Source of the DNA: an uncultured Muribaculaceae bacterium
GTDB lineage: Bacteria; Bacteroidota; Bacteroidia; Bacteroidales; Muribaculaceae
Length of the DNA: 64,000 nt
Assembly (NCBI GenBank): GCA_910578395.1
Contig: CAJTPZ010000003.1
Location: 25,476 to 89,475 of the forward strand
Reading direction: 5' to 3'
Shown here: positions 59,005-64,000 of the stretch, one piece after another
How the letters are laid out: each line of letters opens with the position of its first letter
Numbering within the stretch: the first letter of the stretch is position 1
Program-made: the position numbers and the translations under genes
Notes under the pieces: model-generated
What the model was told of the DNA's origin: nothing
The model's input: the letters and a program-made list of their open reading frames with translations, nothing else
The model's database searches: none

Positions 59005-59457
59005 ATGCTTAAAAGAATTTTGGCTATCTCCGGTCGTCCGGGTCTTTATCGTCTCGTAAATCATGGAAAGAACAGCCTGATAGTTGAGTCGCTCTCAGAT
59101 GGCAAGAGATTTCCTGTGTTCAATCATGAAAAAGTGATGTCGCTGGGAGATATCGCAATCTATACTTCGGATGGCGGTGAGGCTCCGTTGGCAGATGTGC
59201 TTGAAAAACTTAAGGAAGTTGAGGCTGGATCGGCAATAGATATAAAGGCTGTAGAAACAGCCGGCGGTCTGCGCGAAGAAATCGCTAAAGCTCTTCCTAA
59301 TTTCGATGACGAGCGCGTAAAGAATTCGGATATCAAGAAGTTGTTTTCGTGGTACAACTGTCTTATATCTGCCGGAATAGAGCAGTTTAAAGACGAGGAA
59401 GACGCAGAGGAGAAGACAGAGGAAGTATCGGAAAATTCCGAAGACAAGACTGTTTAA
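59005..59457 (+). CDS. DUF5606-like protein
   Basis: MLKRILAISGRPGLYRLVNHGKNSLIVESL resembles the N-terminus of the DUF5606 family. Acidic C-terminal tail. Family call is from memory. Confidence 0.55.
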   Translation: MLKRILAISGRPGLYRLVNHGKNSLIVESLSDGKRFPVFNHEKVMSLGDIAIYTSDGGEAPLADVLEKLKEVEAGSAIDIKAVETAGGLREEIAKALPNFDDERVKNSDIKKLFSWYNCLISAGIEQFKDEEDAEEKTEEVSENSEDKTV

Positions 59458-59487
59458 CAGGCGGGTAACTATATAAATAGTATTTTT

Positions 59488-61566
59488 TTGGATTTTAAGC
59501 TGTCGTCTGTATATAGCCCAACGGGTGATCAGCCTCAGGCGATCGAACAGATCGCACAGGGGATAAGACTTGGTGTGCCTGCGCAGACACTGCTTGGCGT
59601 GACCGGTTCCGGCAAGACTTTTACTATGGCAAATGTGATCAAGGAGGTGAATAAACCTACCTTGATCCTTAGCCATAACAAGACTCTGGCTGCACAGCTT
59701 TACGGGGAATTCAAAACTTTTTTTCCGGATAATTCAGTTCAGTATTTCGTCTCGTATTACGACTATTATCAACCTGAGGCATACATACCCTCTGTGGATA
59801 AGTATATCGAAAAGGATTTGATGATCAATGACGAAATTGACAAGCTGAGACTTGCCACAACGTCGGCTTTGTTATCGGGAAGAAGGGATGTAGTGGTGGT
59901 TTCGTCGGTATCTTGCATCTATGGCATGGGAAATCCTGATGATTTCAATGCCAATGTCGTCAGGATTGCGGTCGGAGACAAGATCACCCGTAATGAGTTT
60001 TTGAGACAGCTTGCCGAATCGCTTTACTCGCGGGATGAGGTTGAAGCGTCACGCGGTACATTCAGGGTGAGAGGGGATACGGTTGACATACGCCTGGCGT
60101 ATGAAGAGATAACCGTTAGAGTTTTGTTCTGGGGCGATGAGATCGAGTCCATCTCTACGGTGCATAATACCGATGGAACTACTCTTGGGTCACATGATAC
60201 ATTTAAGATTTTTCCGGCAAACATATTTGTTACGACCAAAGAGCGCATCGGTTCCGCTCTTGCCCATATAGAGACTGATCTTGAAGATCAAGTAGATCTA
60301 TTCAATCAGGAGGGTAAAGATCTTGAGGGTCGTCGGCTTTATGAGCGTGTCAGTTATGACATGGAAATGATCAAAGAGATAGGCTACTGCTCCGGAATAG
60401 AGAATTACAGCCGATATTTCGACGGGCGTCAGCCTGGAATGCGTCCATTTTGTCTTTTGGATTATTTCCCTGACGATTTTCTGACTATTATTGATGAGAG
60501 TCATGTCACAGTGCCGCAGTTACGTGCGATGTATGGCGGTGACCTGTCGCGCAAAATGAATCTTGTGGAATATGGATTCCGGCTTCCTGCGGCGCTTGAT
60601 AATCGTCCGCTTAAATTTGAGGAATTCGAGCAGTTGACGCATCAGGTACTTTATGTAAGTGCAACTCCGGCCGATTATGAGCTTGAGAAAAGTGAAGGGG
60701 TTGTCGTTGAGCAAATAATCCGTCCGACAGGATTGCTTGATCCCGTGATAGAGGTGCGTCCATCGATAAACCAGGTGGATGATCTTATAGAGGAGATTCA
60801 GTTGCGTGTGGAGAGAGATGAGCGTGTGCTTGTAACGACGCTTACGAAACGTATGGCGGAAGAGCTTAATGATTATATGCTTAAGCTTGATATGCGTACA
60901 GCATACATACACAGCGATGTAGACACGCTTGACCGTATACGCATACTTGATGATCTGCGTGCCGGTAACTATGATGTGCTTGTCGGTGTGAATCTGCTTA
61001 GAGAGGGGCTTGATTTGCCGGAAGTTTCGCTTGTGGCCATACTTGATGCCGATAAGGAGGGATTTTTGCGCTCTCACAGATCGCTTACCCAGATTGTCGG
61101 TCGTGCGGCAAGAAATCTTAACGGCACGGTGATAATGTATGCCGACAGGGTTACTGACTCGATGCAACAGACAATAGATGAAACAGAACGTCGTCGTGCG
61201 CTGCAGCTAAAATATAATGATGAGCATGGAATAATTCCGCAGGCTATAGTCAAGTCGAGGGTTCCGATTATCGGTGTTGACGGGCGTGATGACAGTGATG
61301 GACAAAAGCCAATTGCTGGCAGAAAGAAAGATCATTCACAGAAGCCTTCGTTATCTCTTTATGAACGAGAGCGTTCGCTTGAAGTGGATATTGCTGCTGA
61401 TCCGGTTATCCCTTATATGAGCGCAACAGAATTGGAGCGTTCGATAGAACGTATGCGTCTTGAAATGGTTGATGCGGCAAAGAAGATGGAGTTTATTGAG
61501 GCTGCCCGGTTGAGAGATGAGGTTCTGAAAATGGAACATAGGCTTAATGAGTTGAATAATAAATAA
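59488..61566 (+). CDS. uvrB: Excinuclease ABC subunit B
   Basis: 692 aa. SVYSPTGDQPQAI, GVTGSGKTFT, DESH, helicase motifs and a C-terminal UVR domain. TTG start at 59488; there is no in-frame ATG nearby. Confidence 0.95.
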   Translation: MDFKLSSVYSPTGDQPQAIEQIAQGIRLGVPAQTLLGVTGSGKTFTMANVIKEVNKPTLILSHNKTLAAQLYGEFKTFFPDNSVQYFVSYYDYYQPEAYIPSVDKYIEKDLMINDEIDKLRLATTSALLSGRRDVVVVSSVSCIYGMGNPDDFNANVVRIAVGDKITRNEFLRQLAESLYSRDEVEASRGTFRVRGDTVDIRLAYEEITVRVLFWGDEIESISTVHNTDGTTLGSHDTFKIFPANIFVTTKERIGSALAHIETDLEDQVDLFNQEGKDLEGRRLYERVSYDMEMIKEIGYCSGIENYSRYFDGRQPGMRPFCLLDYFPDDFLTIIDESHVTVPQLRAMYGGDLSRKMNLVEYGFRLPAALDNRPLKFEEFEQLTHQVLYVSATPADYELEKSEGVVVEQIIRPTGLLDPVIEVRPSINQVDDLIEEIQLRVERDERVLVTTLTKRMAEELNDYMLKLDMRTAYIHSDVDTLDRIRILDDLRAGNYDVLVGVNLLREGLDLPEVSLVAILDADKEGFLRSHRSLTQIVGRAARNLNGTVIMYADRVTDSMQQTIDETERRRALQLKYNDEHGIIPQAIVKSRVPIIGVDGRDDSDGQKPIAGRKKDHSQKPSLSLYERERSLEVDIAADPVIPYMSATELERSIERMRLEMVDAAKKMEFIEAARLRDEVLKMEHRLNELNNK

Positions 61567-61633
61567 AAACAATGTAAGCTAAAAGGGCGGGAAAAATAGG
61601 GGTAATGATGCTGTTGAATTGCAGAATTTTTAT

Positions 61634-61641
61634 TAAATTTG
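61634..61641 (+). promoter_or_regulatory. Candidate -7 box (TAAATTTG) for gyrB
   Basis: TAAATTTG lies about 70 nt upstream of the gyrB ATG. Confidence 0.35.
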
Positions 61642-61709
61642 TGAAGCTTTTTCGATAATTGCCAAATAGGGCATGTGTGTAAGGATTGAATTGGCAACAC
61701 AAATAGTTT

Positions 61710-63638
61710 ATGATAGAACAAGAAGAATATAGCGCCAGTAACATTCAGGTACTGGAGGGGTTGGAAGCCGTCAGAAAGCGTCCGGCCATGTATATCGGAG
61801 ATATCAGCTCCAAGGGTTTGCATCATCTGGTTTATGAGGTTGTCGACAATTCTATCGACGAAGCCCTTGCCGGTTTTGCAAACAGAATTGATGTTGTTAT
61901 AAATGAGGATAATTCAATCACAGTTGTCGATAACGGTCGTGGTATTCCCGTTGACATGCATGAGAAAGAGCACAAGAGTGGTCTCGAGGTCGTGTTGACA
62001 ATACTCCACGCAGGCGGCAAATTTGATAAAGGTTCCTATAAGGTTTCAGGAGGTCTTCACGGAGTGGGCGTGTCCTGTGTGAACGCGCTGTCGACTTATC
62101 TTCGTGCGGAAGTGCATCGTGGCGGGAACGCCTATGCGCAGGAATATAGCTGTGGCAAACCGACGACCGGGCTGATGACACTCGGTGCAGTTGATGATAC
62201 GGGCACATCAATCACATTCAAGCCTGACGGGTCTATTTTTACTGTAACGGAGTATGATTACAGTACACTCGCAAACCGTCTGCGTGATCTTGCCTATCTG
62301 AATGCCGGAATCACACTTTCGCTTACTGACAAACGAAATGTAGACTCTGAGGGGGTTGTCAAGAGCGAGGTGTTTTATTCGTCGCGTGGTCTGAGTGAAT
62401 TTGTAGAGTATATCGACAGCAATAAAGAGTCGCTTATCGAGGATGTTATACATCTCAATACAGAACGTCAGGGGATTCCTGTCGAGGTCGCCCTTACTTA
62501 CAACAACACTTACAATGAGAATATCTACTCGTTTGTAAATAATATCAATACAATAGAGGGTGGTACGCATCTGACCGGCTTTCGCCGCGGACTTACATCC
62601 ACTCTTAAAAAGTATGCAGAGGACAATCGCCTTCTGGAGAAAGCTAAGGTCGAGATTTCGAGTGATGACTTCAGAGAGGGGCTGACAGCCGTTATTTCGG
62701 TAAAGGTTATGGAGCCACAGTTTGAGGGACAGACAAAAACGAAACTTGGCAACTCAGAAGTAATAGGAGCTGTTCAGACGGCCGTGAGCGATGCGCTCAA
62801 AACATTCCTTGAGGAGCATCCGAAACAGGCACGCACTATTGTGGACAAGGTTATTCTTGCCGCTCAGGCCCGTCATGCCGCTTACAATGCCCGCGCCAAG
62901 GTGCAGCGTAAGTCACCGCTCGGAGGCGGAGGTCTGCCTGGTAAACTTGCCGACTGCTCGTCACGCACGGCCGAAGACTGTGAGCTTTTTCTTGTCGAGG
63001 GTGATTCTGCCGGCGGTACAGCAAAGCAGGGTCGCGACCGTCAGTTTCAGGCGATATTGCCTCTGCGCGGAAAAATTCTGAACGTGGAGAAGGCGATGGA
63101 TCACAAGATTTTTGACAACGAGGAGATCACAAATCTGTTCCGTGCGATGCGAGTGACAATCGGCACTCCCGAAGATCCCAAAGAAGCTAATCTGAGCAAG
63201 CTTGCTTATCATAAGATTATCATCATGACCGATGCTGATGTTGACGGAAGCCATATTGCAACGTTGCTGATGACGTTCTTCTTCAGGAGAATGCGTCCGG
63301 TTATCGAACAGGGTTATCTTTATCTTGCAACACCGCCGTTGTATAAATGCAAACGAGGCAAAGCTGAGGAATATTGCTGGAACGATGCGCAGGTCCAGCA
63401 GTTCATAGCAAAATACGGTGACGGAGTGAAAGTGCAGCGTTATAAAGGTCTTGGTGAGATGAGTGCGGCAGAACTTCGTGACACCACTATGGATCCTTCG
63501 CAGCGACTTCTCAAGCAGGTCAAGATAAGCGATGCAGCAGAGGCTGACCGTATTTTCTCTATGCTTATGGGCGAGGATGTAGGTCCGCGTAGAGAATTCA
63601 TCGAGTCAAATGCGAATTATGCGAATATCGACGCTTGA
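61710..63638 (+). CDS. gyrB: DNA gyrase subunit B
   Basis: 642 aa. YSASNIQVLEGLEAVRKRPAMYIG, a GHKL ATPase, Toprim (LVEGDSAGG) and C-terminus ...NANYANIDA as in GyrB rather than ParE. Confidence 0.9.
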   Translation: MIEQEEYSASNIQVLEGLEAVRKRPAMYIGDISSKGLHHLVYEVVDNSIDEALAGFANRIDVVINEDNSITVVDNGRGIPVDMHEKEHKSGLEVVLTILHAGGKFDKGSYKVSGGLHGVGVSCVNALSTYLRAEVHRGGNAYAQEYSCGKPTTGLMTLGAVDDTGTSITFKPDGSIFTVTEYDYSTLANRLRDLAYLNAGITLSLTDKRNVDSEGVVKSEVFYSSRGLSEFVEYIDSNKESLIEDVIHLNTERQGIPVEVALTYNNTYNENIYSFVNNINTIEGGTHLTGFRRGLTSTLKKYAEDNRLLEKAKVEISSDDFREGLTAVISVKVMEPQFEGQTKTKLGNSEVIGAVQTAVSDALKTFLEEHPKQARTIVDKVILAAQARHAAYNARAKVQRKSPLGGGGLPGKLADCSSRTAEDCELFLVEGDSAGGTAKQGRDRQFQAILPLRGKILNVEKAMDHKIFDNEEITNLFRAMRVTIGTPEDPKEANLSKLAYHKIIIMTDADVDGSHIATLLMTFFFRRMRPVIEQGYLYLATPPLYKCKRGKAEEYCWNDAQVQQFIAKYGDGVKVQRYKGLGEMSAAELRDTTMDPSQRLLKQVKISDAAEADRIFSMLMGEDVGPRREFIESNANYANIDA

Positions 63639-63662
63639 TACATAGTACTTTAAAATGTTGAG

Positions 63663-63692
63663 CGGGCGTCTTCAATTTAATGGGGACGCCCG
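63663..63692 (+). terminator. Hairpin after gyrB (no clear T-tract)
   Basis: CGGGCGTC (63663-70) pairs with GACGCCCG (63685-92). Confidence 0.35.
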
Positions 63693-63802
63693 ACAATATA
63701 ACATAGATTATCAAACAGAAAAAGTTTGAGAGAAGTGATTGTAGAACATTTGAGTGTAGATATAGTTTATTATATGAAAAACATTTTAAGAAATTAATAA
63801 CC

Positions 63803-64000
63803 ATGGCAAAAAGGCTCACAAAGAAAAATTTTGAGCGACTTATCGCACAAGTAAGAGAGTATATCACCCTCCAGGGTAATACTATATTCAATTATAAAAA
63901 TGTAGCACAGGGACTTGGGGTGACGACACCGGTAATCATAGGTGATATCGCAGTCATATTGGAAGCTCTCGCTTTTGATGGAGATATCGTGGAAGTGACT
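63803..64000 (+). CDS. rnr: Probable ribonuclease R, N-terminal end (partial, runs off the 3' window edge)
   Basis: ATG at 63803, open to the window end. MAKRLTKKNFERLIAQVREYITLQGNTIFNYKNVAQGLGVTTP...DGDIVEV resembles the HTH-like N-terminus of Bacteroidota RNase R. Not in the ORF track because it lacks a stop. Confidence 0.45.
   Translation, partial: MAKRLTKKNFERLIAQVREYITLQGNTIFNYKNVAQGLGVTTPVIIGDIAVILEALAFDGDIVEVT

Noticed and set aside
61710-63638. Alternative call as topoisomerase IV subunit B (parE).
   Set aside because: The N-terminal YSASNIQVLEGLEAVRKRPAMYIG and the C-terminal ...NANYANIDA fit GyrB better. The distinction is not absolute without a phylogeny.

Overview
This window looks like a chromosomal segment of a Bacteroidales-type genome. 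That is an inference from several cues: TonB-dependent receptors with carboxypeptidase-regulatory N-domains, an HmuY/calycin lipoprotein operon, a serine-palmitoyltransferase-like gene, typical Bacteroidota DUF families, and TAnnTTTG -7 boxes upstream of genes. By eye the core genes are roughly 45-50% GC. I call 57 protein-coding genes (2 of them partial at the window edges), one tRNA-Arg(CCG), one clear pseudogene remnant, and a set of hairpin terminators. I saw no rRNA, CRISPR array, transposase, integrase or prophage genes.

Most content is housekeeping: tsf, gdhA, pdxJ, ribH, nhaA, ruvC, mutS2, aspS, ndk, the methylmalonyl-CoA mutase genes mutA/mutB, lpxH, rluD, uvrB, gyrB, an exbB-exbD-tonB cluster and several peptidases.

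Two patches look accessory.
- 6.8-10.05 kb: a lone 1086-aa Upf1/DUF4011-type helicase-nuclease-like gene. Nearly all recognisable catalytic motifs are substituted although the ORF is intact.
- 12.2-15.9 kb: a lower-GC stretch holding a decayed C39-peptidase ABC-exporter fragment, an intact outer-membrane beta-barrel gene, and a small Cys-rich membrane ORF split by an in-frame TGA.

I did not find a convincing multi-gene novel system. The helicase-like gene is the best candidate for something functionally undescribed. All family assignments come from reading the translations, not from database searches.
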